Shown one piece after another: positions 28,807 through 38,568 of a stretch of DNA of 64,000 nucleotides. The stretch is from an uncultured virus (IMG/VR IMGVR_UViG_2875733747_000004) (lineage: Duplodnaviria; Heunggongvirae; Uroviricota; Caudoviricetes): the IMG/VR virus record IMGVR_UViG_2875733747_000004; one strand, 5' to 3'. The first letter of the stretch is position 1. Each line of letters opens with the position of its first letter. Position numbers and translations under genes: made by a program. The notes under the pieces were generated by a model. The model ran no database searches, was not told the DNA's origin, and worked only from the letters and a program-made list of their open reading frames with translations.

Positions 28807-28816
28807 GCCCCCGCCG
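28807..28816 (-). other. cos site core CGGCGGGGGC
   Basis: GC island between hnh and terS; identical to the phi12/phiSLT cos core as recalled. Confidence 0.8.
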
Positions 28817-28881
28817 GTACCCGTCGAAAAAACATTTTAAGCCGATGGGTAGGGGGCTATAAAAATAAATTATTTTTTTAT

Positions 28882-29196
28882 TTAAATTTTTAATACTCTA
28901 ATTTTCTTAAGATTACTTTTGTCATTATCATTTGCATGAATTTTGTTATGACAGCTATAACAAACTGACATCAAATTATCTAAGTCTAAAGCTTTATTAA
29001 AATCTTCATCAACATAAATAATATGATGCACTATGTTTGCATCTGTTACTATGTCTTCACGTAAACACATTTGACAAAGATGATTATCCCTATCTAATGC
29101 TATCTCTCTTAACTTCTTCCATGCTTTTGAATGATAGAACCAATCGTATTGATATGACTTACGACCATGCTTATAAATGTTATTATGCTTGGTCAT
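28882..29196 (-). CDS. HNH endonuclease (cos-cleavage partner)
   Basis: CQMC...VHH...NL...C..CHNKIH. Confidence 0.93.
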   Translation of the reverse strand: MTKHNNIYKHGRKSYQYDWFYHSKAWKKLREIALDRDNHLCQMCLREDIVTDANIVHHIIYVDEDFNKALDLDNLMSVCYSCHNKIHANDNDKSNLKKIRVLKI

Positions 29197-29330
29197 CTCT
29201 TACACCTCTTTGATTGCATAACAAAAGACACACCGCATAGCGATGTGCCTCGTGTACTTGTGTCGTATAACTTTTAGATAACTTTATACATCTTTCCGAT
29301 ACTATCATATTACTACAGATTTGTAGGCCT

Positions 29331-29351
29331 TTTGCACAATCTTTGCACAAT
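29331..29351. promoter_or_regulatory. Putative RinA-binding direct repeat at the late promoter
   Basis: TTTGCACAAT twice, just downstream of rinA and upstream of hnh. Confidence 0.5.
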
Positions 29352-29352
29352 G

Positions 29353-29790
29353 TTATTTGATACCTGCATGATACGCTACCGCTTTAACAAAGTTCTTTCG
29401 TATAGTAGTAACTGTATTACGATGCATGTGACATGCATCTCCTATTTGCTCTATCTTTAGCTTCTTATCTCTATTCCAATACTTTAGCCTAATTACTTTC
29501 TTATGATCTTCAGGTAACTTTAAGTATTCACTTTCAACTGCTTCGACCATTTCTTCTAGGTTTCGTAACATCTTATTAGTCAATAACCTTGTTGCCATTA
29601 GTTCAGTTGTTCTAACTGGTTCACCTTTTTGCAACGGTCCATACACAATGTTAGTGTCTAGCTCTTTCGTTGGGTTAAGTATCTCCATTCTCAATCTATT
29701 TATCTCTTTCTTGTTCTCTTGTAGGTTATATATCTCTGACTCAATATATTTAAATGTACCTGGCTTAATATCGTATGATGCCTTTCCCAT
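29353..29790 (-). CDS. rinA: RinA-family late transcription activator
   Basis: KYIESE...VIRLKYW...HTH; last gene before packaging. Confidence 0.9.
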   Translation of the reverse strand: MGKASYDIKPGTFKYIESEIYNLQENKKEINRLRMEILNPTKELDTNIVYGPLQKGEPVRTTELMATRLLTNKMLRNLEEMVEAVESEYLKLPEDHKKVIRLKYWNRDKKLKIEQIGDACHMHRNTVTTIRKNFVKAVAYHAGIK

Positions 29791-29802
29791 CTTATACCTC
29801 CA

Positions 29803-30733
29803 TTACTTATGCTTAGCTATTCTTGCTTTAATAGCTTTCATCAATTCTTCTTGCGTTAGTTCTTTATTTTGTAAAGCTTTATATACTCTTTGATCTATTG
29901 TGTTATCGGTCATAATGTGATGAATAATAGTCGTATGATTTTGTCCTTGTCTATATAATCTTGCATTTGCTTGTTGGTATAATTCCAATGACCATGTAAG
30001 TCCAAACCAAACAATAATGTGCCCACCTTGTTGTAAGTTTAATCCATGCCCTGCACTTGCTGGATGTGCTATAAGCAGCTTAATGTCTCCACTATTCCAA
30101 CGTTCTTTATAGTTTGAATCCTCTAATGTGGTTGCTTCCTTAAACCTTTGAAGTATTCTTTCTTTATCATGTTTGAAGTTATAAAACAATAATATTGGTT
30201 GGCCTTGAGACTCCTCTATAATTTCCTCTAACTTATCTAACTTCTTATCATGTATAAGTCTTACATCTTCATCATCTGTATAAACTGCACCGTTAGATAG
30301 TTGAAGTAGTTTTTGACTTAATGATGCCCCATTCTGAGCTACAACTGTTCCTTCTTCTTCCGATTCTAAAATATAGTTTTTTTCTAATTCTGCATATACT
30401 TTTCTTTCTTTTTCAGATAAGACTACTGTTTGTTTAGTATCAACTCTGTCAGGCATATCTAGATAATCTTTCGCTTTCATGCTTAAACATATATCTTCTA
30501 TTCGTTCATATATCTTTTCTTCAGATCCGTCTCTTAGCTCCCAGTTAAAAACATGTTCGCTAACTTGATGTGTTGGTTTAAAGTACCTTTCTCGATAACG
30601 ACTGAATGAAGACTCAAGTCTTTCGCCTCTGTCTATCAAATAAACTTGAGCCCATAAATCCTGTAAACTATTTGGGCTAGGTGTTCCTGTTAATCCTATA
30701 AATCTATTAATGAGTGGTAATTTCTTTTTAATA
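29803..30733 (-). pseudogene. SNF2 helicase, 3' part (interrupted by ICE)
   Basis: IKKKLPLINRFIGLTGTP...HGLNLQ...QANARLYRQGQ; joins 45265-45695 in frame once the ICE and one ATA are removed. Confidence 0.93.
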
Positions 30734-30953
30734 GGCAGTGTGTCAATAGAAAAATGAGAATTTCTTAAATTTTTTTAATAAATATTACTAAAAGAGTACA
30801 GAAGAAGAAAAAGAAGCATTTTACTAGTAATATCTATCAAAAACCACAGATTTAAATAGTATGCTTCTTTTTAGATTATGCATTTTATATACAAAATTTA
30901 TTCGTCCTGTCCTTCCGCGCTCATTGTAAACCATTCGCTTAGATTAACCTATA

Positions 30954-31974
30954 TTAATTGACGGGTTCGTGCCTCACACAGTCATTTAATATAGGTTCAC
31001 AATTTTGTGTGCTTACATGGTACTTTAGCATTTCCTCACTCGATTTATAGTCAAATATCATTCGAGGCCGTGCATTAATTTGTTTAACAGCTTCATCTAA
31101 TGACTTTTGTGTTATATTTGCAAAATCCGTACCTTTAGGATAATACTGTCTTAAAAGTCCATTTGCATTTTCAATAGAACCACGTTGATATGGACAACCC
31201 AAATCACTAAAATAAATACTACAATTCAATTCATCTTCTATTTGTTCAAATAGAGCAAACTCCTTACCTCTATCCATAGTTATACTTTTGGGTAATAATG
31301 GTTTCATAATATTTATAATCTCATTACAAACTACATTGGATTTACGTGTATTTAATCTACCAGCATATAAATATCTTGTCTTTCTTTCAATAATAGTTAA
31401 CAAGCAATATGTTGATGGTCTAACACTCCAAACAGTATCAATTTCATAATGTCCAAATTCTTCACGATTATTAATACTTTTTGAGCCGATACTTTATAAC
31501 ACGAGACCCTACGTCTAATTTGCCACGCTTTTCAGAAGACTTATTATATTTCTTGCCTGCTTGTCTCATATCACGTTTAACATCAACTTTTACCAATCCA
31601 TTGCGAATATATCTATATATAGTAGGATAACTTATATAATACCCTGTATCTTTTTCAATTTGACTTGCTATCTGTCTAGGAGACCATTTTAATGAAAGTT
31701 TTTCTTCAATATATGCTTTTGTTTCATCATTCAAACGTCTACGTTTAGCAACCTGTTCATCTGAAATACTACGCGATTTTATAGCATCTTCTTCAGCCAA
31801 TAAAGGATTATAAACACCATCAACAGAACGCTTATTTACTTCTCTATAGAGAACTGCATCATCACGACCTAAAATCTTAGAAATCTGAATGATGTTTAAA
31901 CCATCATTTAAATACTTTGCGATAGCTAGACGTGTTTTATAGTCTAATTCTTTACGTTTTTTTCTTTTTTTCAT
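30954..31974 (-). pseudogene. IS30-like DDE transposase, split by a frameshift near 31471-31485
   Basis: HTH half (31471-31974) stops at ...YRLKKY*; +1 frame continues INNREEFGHYEIDT...MDRGKEF...RGSIENANG. Confidence 0.88.
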
Positions 31975-32037
31975 GTATATCCTCCTTTACTTTTAAAAAG
32001 GTTATTTATAAAATAAGTTATAAGAGGATATATGTTC

Positions 32038-32086
32038 ATCAACTCCCGATACCACCGCTAAAGCGTATAGGGAGTTGATTCTTTAT
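32038..32086. terminator. Hairpin/terminator between conjugation operon and transposase
   Basis: ATCAACTCCC...GGGAGTTGAT inverted repeat. Confidence 0.55.
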
Positions 32087-32439
32087 TTTTTCATATTATT
32101 TTCTTCATAAACTGGTTTATTATCTTTCTCAAACTTTTCAGCATCAATATTAGAATCTTCTTCATATTTATCGCTAGTCTGATTTATTTTATATACTCTT
32201 GAAACTTTTGTATTACTATCTTTAAAAGGCATATAAGTCATTATAATAACCTCACCATCATTATAAATCTTATAATAACTTTTTGACCGCTCAACATTTT
32301 TATACTTCTTTGTATTTTTCACATCTTGAATACTTTCTTTTTCTAACTTTGTAACTTCATCAATTTCTTTATCATATTTCTGACCACATGCAGATAATAA
32401 TATAACTAATCCTAAAATTAATACAAACCATCGCCTCAT
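32083..32439 (-). CDS. Cystatin-like fold lipoprotein (DUF4467/YddJ-like; candidate entry exclusion)
   Basis: Lipobox LLSAC; last gene of the conjugation operon, as with ICEBs1 yddJ. Confidence 0.7.
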   Translation of the reverse strand: MRRWFVLILGLVILLSACGQKYDKEIDEVTKLEKESIQDVKNTKKYKNVERSKSYYKIYNDGEVIIMTYMPFKDSNTKVSRVYKINQTSDKYEEDSNIDAEKFEKDNKPVYEENNMKK

Positions 32440-32494
32440 GATAAATTCACTCCTTTTTACGTAAATTATATCATTGCTATCGTCTTGAAACAAA

Positions 32495-33085
32495 CTAACG
32501 TCCTAGAGGTTTTAAATTGAAACGTTTTAAATTATCAATACGCCAACCTTCAGCTGTACGAACTAAATCCAATTGTGCAGATGTTTGACGATGTTCAATT
32601 TTATCATCTCCATCTGTTTCAATACGTTCGTCGAACTGAACAAAAACTTTATAACTATCTTTTTTAGGGTCATACGTATCAAAATAAACATGAATATCAT
32701 TAACCGTTATATCATCATATAAATCATATTTATCTTTAGAATCCTTAAATAATGTATCGTAATAATCCTTTGTAACTAAAGGCTTTATTTGTGGTGCTTT
32801 TGATTTAAAAGAAGAATCTTTTTTCATTTCAAACATCTGTTTAACAAAATTTGAAGAAACTTCACGTATTTGTTTTTCTTCATCAGAAATAACTGTTTTT
32901 GATTGTCTCTTTACTAATTTATTTAACTCTCCATTTTTATCTCTTAATATACGTTGTTCTTCCTGCAAATCTTCAATTTGATTTTGTTTCATTTTAACTT
33001 GTTGTTTAGGAATCTGATAACCAATTAAAACAGCACAAAATAATATTATTGTTACAAGAGTAAACATAATAATTTTTTGCTTCAT
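32495..33085 (-). CDS. ICE membrane-anchored conjugation protein
   Basis: N-terminal TM, coiled coil, C-terminal NTF2-like GWRID ending. Confidence 0.7.
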   Translation of the reverse strand: MKQKIIMFTLVTIILFCAVLIGYQIPKQQVKMKQNQIEDLQEEQRILRDKNGELNKLVKRQSKTVISDEEKQIREVSSNFVKQMFEMKKDSSFKSKAPQIKPLVTKDYYDTLFKDSKDKYDLYDDITVNDIHVYFDTYDPKKDSYKVFVQFDERIETDGDDKIEHRQTSAQLDLVRTAEGWRIDNLKRFNLKPLGR

Positions 33086-33091
33086 TTATTT

Positions 33092-34138
33092 TCACTCCTT
33101 ATCATGAATAAAACTATATCCGTCAGTCATTTTCAATGTACGTTCATTAACTTTAAAAGCACCTTCCCAATTCATTTCTGTTATTCTAAATGTTTTACCA
33201 CCATCACTTACACCAATAACAACAGCCACATGACCATAATGCCCATCATGACCGCCTGCACCTTGTTCAGCAATAAATAATGCACCAGGTTCCGGATTTT
33301 TATCAACTTTATAACCCTCAGCTTTAGCTCTATCATTCCATTTATGTGCATCATGCCAATAAGTCGATACAGGTTTACCCATTTTTTGACGCATACCGTA
33401 TGCATACCAAGTACATTGACCAGCAGTGTATAAATTACCTTTTCCAGGGTCATCATTTGACCAATGTGGCAATTTACCATTAAACTTTATAGACTTTCCT
33501 TTACCATTACTACATGACGTTTTAGCTTCTGAACCGCCTAAATCTTTCATAATTTTTTCAACTGTTGGTATCCAACGGGCATTCATATTATTAGGGTCAT
33601 TTGACGCACCAACAGGCGCATATTTGGGACCTATTTTTTTAGGAGTATCTAAACCTTTAGAAATATAAACATCATACAAATTTTTAGCTCCCGCATTAAG
33701 ACCATCTTCAATAGTTGGATATGTTGAATCATGAATCGATTTTGAACCCATAACAGACAAAGGATTATTTTGTCTTGTCGCATTTTCTCCTTTACCCCAT
33801 TGTGATTCACTCGCAATAATGGCCATAAAAATATTCACAGGTACTTTATTTTTTTCTGCAATTTTCTGTATTTCTTTTCCTTTACCCTCTAATTTTCCAC
33901 CTTTAGCATTTTCGTTAAACTTATCAATACCATTTGCCGAAACATTACCGCCACTAACAGTACAACCAGCATCATCTTTACCTTTATTTAAATCAGGCGC
34001 TAACAAAAACATTATAATTACTGGAAATATAAAAAAAGCCACCACACATAAAATGATGATGACTTTCGCTAATTTCAATTTAACGCCTATTGGCGTTTTA
34101 CCTATTACTTTTTTAGCAATATCTTTTTTATTTACCAT
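33092..34138 (-). CDS. Conjugative peptidoglycan hydrolase (lysozyme/glucosaminidase-like + CHAP)
   Basis: AIIASESQWG...NN; GQCTWY...GHVA...EMNW. Confidence 0.9.
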   Translation of the reverse strand: MVNKKDIAKKVIGKTPIGVKLKLAKVIIILCVVAFFIFPVIIMFLLAPDLNKGKDDAGCTVSGGNVSANGIDKFNENAKGGKLEGKGKEIQKIAEKNKVPVNIFMAIIASESQWGKGENATRQNNPLSVMGSKSIHDSTYPTIEDGLNAGAKNLYDVYISKGLDTPKKIGPKYAPVGASNDPNNMNARWIPTVEKIMKDLGGSEAKTSCSNGKGKSIKFNGKLPHWSNDDPGKGNLYTAGQCTWYAYGMRQKMGKPVSTYWHDAHKWNDRAKAEGYKVDKNPEPGALFIAEQGAGGHDGHYGHVAVVIGVSDGGKTFRITEMNWEGAFKVNERTLKMTDGYSFIHDKE

Positions 34139-35975
34139 GCTTATTGATATCCTTTTGCTCTTTTAAACGGTCTTTTGACTGATAATTACGCGTAATAGGT
34201 TGATTACGATTTCCAGATTGTCTACTTTGTTGATTCTGTGTCGCATTTTGTATTTGTCGTTTTTGAACATCAGTATCATAAGCAGTTTGAACTGACTTCT
34301 GTTCTTTACGATTTATTGAATGATTCTCATTATTTAATGGCTGATTAACCACTTGTGGCGACCTTTGTATATCTTTTCGCTGTCTTGTTTCTCGTACTTG
34401 ATGTTCTTGCTGTGATGCTTTTTGTGGTTGTTTAGAATAATTATTTGCATTTGATTCAACAGAAGCAGATTTTACATCGTTACCATTCATTGACTCTTGT
34501 TGTTCTCTGCGCTTATTACCATTTTTTTGATTATCTTTATTTATAAATAAAGGCATTGGTTTATCCTGTTGTCTTCTTCTTAAATCATTATCATTTTGAA
34601 GTGGTGGGGCGGGTTCATCTCTTTGATTTTCTCGTTTAGCTTTCTTATTTTGCGCTTGTTCATGACGAATCTTATTAAAACGTTCTTGTGTTCGATTCAT
34701 CACACCAGCACCAATTGCACTAGGAGAAAAACTAATATTACCACGACTTACAAAATTGATAATTTGAGCCCGTTTTTTATACATTACAAACAATATTACA
34801 ATTATAAATATTGAATTTAAAAAATAAGCATTTTGACTATCCGGTTCAATAAAACTATTTGCAAGCTTGATACACAAACCAACTATCACAAATAAGAATG
34901 TCATACAAGCACTTAAAATAATATAGCCTAACGTTTTTGCAAACGCAGAGAAAACAGATAATTCAAATCCTGGTATAAAACTCACTATCCAACTGAATAC
35001 TAAAAATAAGAATAAAAATAAAGCAAATGTAGAAAAAATCAACTTCGCAAAACTTATTGATAAAAATACTATCGACATAAAAAGTGTAATAATAAAACCA
35101 ATCACTGAAATAGCCAACTTTTGAAATACATAACCTTGCGTCATATATTTATTATTTTTCTTTTCAACCTCATCTTTAACAATATCATCTAATTCTTTTT
35201 CTGATTTTTTATCATAATCAAGTTTTAAAATGTTATCAATACGGTCTTTACCTTTTGCTTTTATCTCTTTTTCGTCGACAGTTCCATAATTCATTACTAA
35301 ATATGTTCTATATATCGTCATATCAAATAATTGATTACGTATATGATTCATACCTGAATTCTCATGAATATAATCAATATTACCATCAATAGAAGATGTA
35401 CTATTCATAATTATATTATTTAAGTCCTTACCAATATTGTTTGTACCACGTATAATATTACCTGCATTCGCAAGTATACCAACACCAAAACCAATTAAAC
35501 ACATAATTAAAAACGCTCGTTTTAATGCTTCTCTTGCATTACCTTGTACACTAAAAATAATAAATGCGTTAAAGCAAACAATAATAAATAATGTTAATGC
35601 TAAATTACTCAATAACTTTTGATATATATCGCCAACAAAATCGCCGATTTTATCCGCAAAATCATTAATAACATCTAGTTGAAATAAATTTTCAATCGCA
35701 TAATCTGTAACACCTGCTAAAATCTTAGTCATAGAAAAGAAAAAATCTGACACATTATTAATTTGTCGTGAAATTTCTTCTTGACCAAACGGATTCCAGT
35801 CGCCTTTTTCACTATATATTGAACGATAATGTGATAAATCATACTTTTCAATTTTTGGCTTAACTGCATGTGAGGGCTCTCCAACTGGATTAGAAACAGC
35901 GTAAGCACTCACAGATGTTAAAAGCAGAATAGGCAAAATTAAAAAGCATAAAAGATACACACTTTTATGCTTCAT
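34128..35975 (-). CDS. VirB6/TcpH-like polytopic conjugation membrane protein
   Basis: Multiple TMs and a Q/N/R-rich C-terminal tail. Confidence 0.8.
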   Translation of the reverse strand: MKHKSVYLLCFLILPILLLTSVSAYAVSNPVGEPSHAVKPKIEKYDLSHYRSIYSEKGDWNPFGQEEISRQINNVSDFFFSMTKILAGVTDYAIENLFQLDVINDFADKIGDFVGDIYQKLLSNLALTLFIIVCFNAFIIFSVQGNAREALKRAFLIMCLIGFGVGILANAGNIIRGTNNIGKDLNNIIMNSTSSIDGNIDYIHENSGMNHIRNQLFDMTIYRTYLVMNYGTVDEKEIKAKGKDRIDNILKLDYDKKSEKELDDIVKDEVEKKNNKYMTQGYVFQKLAISVIGFIITLFMSIVFLSISFAKLIFSTFALFLFLFLVFSWIVSFIPGFELSVFSAFAKTLGYIILSACMTFLFVIVGLCIKLANSFIEPDSQNAYFLNSIFIIVILFVMYKKRAQIINFVSRGNISFSPSAIGAGVMNRTQERFNKIRHEQAQNKKAKRENQRDEPAPPLQNDNDLRRRQQDKPMPLFINKDNQKNGNKRREQQESMNGNDVKSASVESNANNYSKQPQKASQQEHQVRETRQRKDIQRSPQVVNQPLNNENHSINRKEQKSVQTAYDTDVQKRQIQNATQNQQSRQSGNRNQPITRNYQSKDRLKEQKDINKHGK

Positions 35976-35979
35976 CAAA

Positions 35980-37338
35980 TCACTCCTTATTTAATATTTG
36001 TTTCACATCTTCTACAAAATCATACTGTTCCATTAAAGGTGCATCAAATAAAATTGGTTCATTATATTGTCCAAGTATAGAAATATAACCTCGGCCGATA
36101 TCACTATCATGAATCGTTTGAAATTCTTTATCAGTTTGACCAAAGGTCATACGATAACCATCATTTGACAAATTACCTAAAGACACACGTAACCCTAATT
36201 GGTCACGCACATTACCTTTAATCACATCTGCATCTGGTCTTTGTGCTGTTAAAAACATAAATACACCAGCTTGACGACCTTTCATAATAATATTAATTAA
36301 ATAATCATTCATTTCTTGTAATTCTTTTTTATCTAAAGTTGAAGTAAAAGCCGTTACCTCATCAAAAATAATGAAATAGGGGCGCATATCAAAATTACGG
36401 AAATCATTCCCGATTTTATAATCCGAACTATCATTCATTAATCTAAAACGCTCTTCCATTTCATTATTAGCTTCTCTCAATTGTTTTAATATTTGGCCTT
36501 TAGTATCTGCAACTTTATCATCACCAATAACGCGCTTCATAAAGCTCAAATCTGAAACTTTTGGGTCTAATAAACGTACTTCTGAATGTCTACGGAATAA
36601 CTCACGAATCACATAAAATAAAAAATATGTTTTACCACCTCCGGTTATACCTGTAACCAATCCATGAGGTGCTTTCACAAAATCCCAAGTAATTTGATGC
36701 GTAATAGCAATTTTTGTATCATAAAAAATTGTATTTGATTCTTGTTCGCCATTCATAACAATACGCTTTTTATATTTAAGTGGCATAAATTCATATCTCA
36801 AATAACGACCAATATGCTTTTTTTCTACTAATTCAGAATTAAACATTGGTTCAATAATCGTCTCTAACTCTAAATAATTATCTTGAAACCTCGAACCGTC
36901 TTTCTTAATATGAATAACAAAAGATTTTTTACCACGCTTATAAAACATTGTTGGATAATAATCATATTCAGTTTGTTTATAATCAATAGGGATATACTCA
37001 GTTGTTTTCTTGATTACTGTACGATTATGAAACCCTTGTGTTTCAATCATTTCAGCCAAATCTTTTGTTTTAAAACGAATTAAAAGCTGAGCGATAAGCT
37101 TACATATAACAAATATAATTGCTGTACCAATTAATAAATACAATAAATGCGGTTTAAAATATGCAAACAACGTCAATATATCCAATTTTTTATTAACTGA
37201 TTTATAATCAATAAACAAAATGTATATACGATATACCAAAAAAATAAATGCTAATACACCTGCAAACATAAAATCAATATACTTCTGATAAGGCTGTATA
37301 CGTATACCTTTAAATAAAGCAATTTCATTCATTGCCAT
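35980..37338 (-). CDS. FtsK/SpoIIIE-type coupling protein (TcpA-like)
   Basis: PHGLVTGITGGGKT, IIFDE, GRQAG and QRPDA motifs. Confidence 0.92.
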   Translation of the reverse strand: MAMNEIALFKGIRIQPYQKYIDFMFAGVLAFIFLVYRIYILFIDYKSVNKKLDILTLFAYFKPHLLYLLIGTAIIFVICKLIAQLLIRFKTKDLAEMIETQGFHNRTVIKKTTEYIPIDYKQTEYDYYPTMFYKRGKKSFVIHIKKDGSRFQDNYLELETIIEPMFNSELVEKKHIGRYLRYEFMPLKYKKRIVMNGEQESNTIFYDTKIAITHQITWDFVKAPHGLVTGITGGGKTYFLFYVIRELFRRHSEVRLLDPKVSDLSFMKRVIGDDKVADTKGQILKQLREANNEMEERFRLMNDSSDYKIGNDFRNFDMRPYFIIFDEVTAFTSTLDKKELQEMNDYLINIIMKGRQAGVFMFLTAQRPDADVIKGNVRDQLGLRVSLGNLSNDGYRMTFGQTDKEFQTIHDSDIGRGYISILGQYNEPILFDAPLMEQYDFVEDVKQILNKE

Positions 37339-37400
37339 TATATGCACTCCTTTAAAAATAAAAAGCATACACAAATAATGTGCATGCTTAAAACAAAATA

Positions 37401-37667
37401 TTAATTTTCCAATTGTTCTTCCATATTTTTATTATAATCAGTAATACTTTTCTCAAAACATCGATGTGCAAAAAATAAAAGAATTATTGATACAATAAAT
37501 AAAAACATCATAATAAAAAGCTTTCTCTTCCAAGATTTCCATTGATAATACTCAATATAATCATTTTTATAAAAATAATTTAAAACAAAAACACATACTA
37601 TACATAAACTAATAACAATAAAGCCTACAAAAATAAAATTCATTGTTAAATTACTTAAAACTTCCAA
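37401..37667 (-). CDS. ICE cargo: small 2-TM protein
   Basis: AAGGAG RBS, TTG start, two hydrophobic stretches; very AT-rich. Confidence 0.55.
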   Translation of the reverse strand: MEVLSNLTMNFIFVGFIVISLCIVCVFVLNYFYKNDYIEYYQWKSWKRKLFIMMFLFIVSIILLFFAHRCFEKSITDYNKNMEEQLEN

Positions 37668-37904
37668 TATTAAATCGCTCCTTTTACAATATGTGTCAAG
37701 TACTTAACAAGTATTATACCTTATTGTATAATCATTTTAAATTATTTTATGTTTTTAAATATATTTGTTTTTATTTTATTAATTTCAACTTTATGTCTAT
37801 TTTCTTCTTTATCTAGTAAATACTTAATCCGTTTAATCGATAAAAACAAAATAAATAACGAAGCAATACAATTCAAAACAAACATTTGAAAGGATGACCT
37901 CCTT

Positions 37905-38396
37905 ATGAACAAATTTAAATTAAGTTGGTTAAATATTGGTACAGCTTTATTTATATTAACGTATATTAATATAGCTATATTTATCACTTATATATTTATC
38001 ACTTATATATTTCAACCTAAAATACTAGTTGGCATCAAAGATATGTTAAATGCAATTACAAATAACCATATCTCTAAAATTTTTAGTAATATTAATTCTG
38101 ATATGATTTATAATTTATATCTGTTCTATTTTTATCTAATTGGTGTTTGTGCTTGTTTACTTTATTTATCTATACTGCTTTGTGTCTTCAAGATAATAAT
38201 TCCATCTCGAATAGGTGAAATACTTGGATGGTTAATCAGTTTACTAACACAACAATTTAATATTTTTTTAATCGCAAAAATGACTAATGATAAAATAGCC
38301 ACCGACACTTGCATTATTTGTATTTCAGGATTCTTATTCTTTACTTATCTTTATTTAAACAGTCACGATTTTTCAAATAAACATCGTGACGCATAA
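37905..38396 (+). CDS. ICE cargo: 163-aa multi-TM protein, opposite orientation
   Basis: AAAGGA RBS; about 4 TM segments. Confidence 0.55.
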   Translation: MNKFKLSWLNIGTALFILTYINIAIFITYIFITYIFQPKILVGIKDMLNAITNNHISKIFSNINSDMIYNLYLFYFYLIGVCACLLYLSILLCVFKIIIPSRIGEILGWLISLLTQQFNIFLIAKMTNDKIATDTCIICISGFLFFTYLYLNSHDFSNKHRDA

Positions 38397-38514
38397 TTGA
38401 TTCCTTTTCCATATTTTTATGTTTTAACGTTAAATACATACCATAGGGAATAATCCAATAAAAAATTACCCATGCAAATAATATAAATATAAATGATTTA
38501 AATATTTCAATCAT
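38341..38514 (-). CDS. ICE cargo: 57-aa single-TM protein MIEIFKSFIFILFAWVIFYWIIPYG...
   Basis: GAGGTG RBS; manually translated; converges on and overlaps 37905-38396. Confidence 0.45.
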   Translation of the reverse strand: MIEIFKSFIFILFAWVIFYWIIPYGMYLTLKHKNMEKESIMRHDVYLKNRDCLNKDK

Positions 38515-38530
38515 TTATAACACCTCGTTT

Positions 38531-38562
38531 AAAAGATACACTTCAATAAAGTGTATCTTTTT
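38531..38562. terminator. Bidirectional terminator after the VirB4-like gene
   Basis: AAAAGATACACTT-CAATA-AAGTGTATCTTTT. Confidence 0.65.
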
Positions 38563-38568
38563 AATTTT

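Noticed and set aside
30715..30746. Hybrid promoter from the ICE -35 driving the helicase remnant and rinA
   Set aside because: Hexamers at 17-18 bp spacing (AAATTA, AATTAC) do not match a -10.
31475..31485. C AAA AAG as a programmed -1 frameshift rescuing the transposase
   Set aside because: The catalytic half is in the +1 frame, so a -1 shift would not reach it.
37742..37987. 81-aa minus-strand ORF in the ICE cargo
   Set aside because: Overlaps the start of the better supported + strand ORF, has no RBS and sits in extremely AT-rich sequence.
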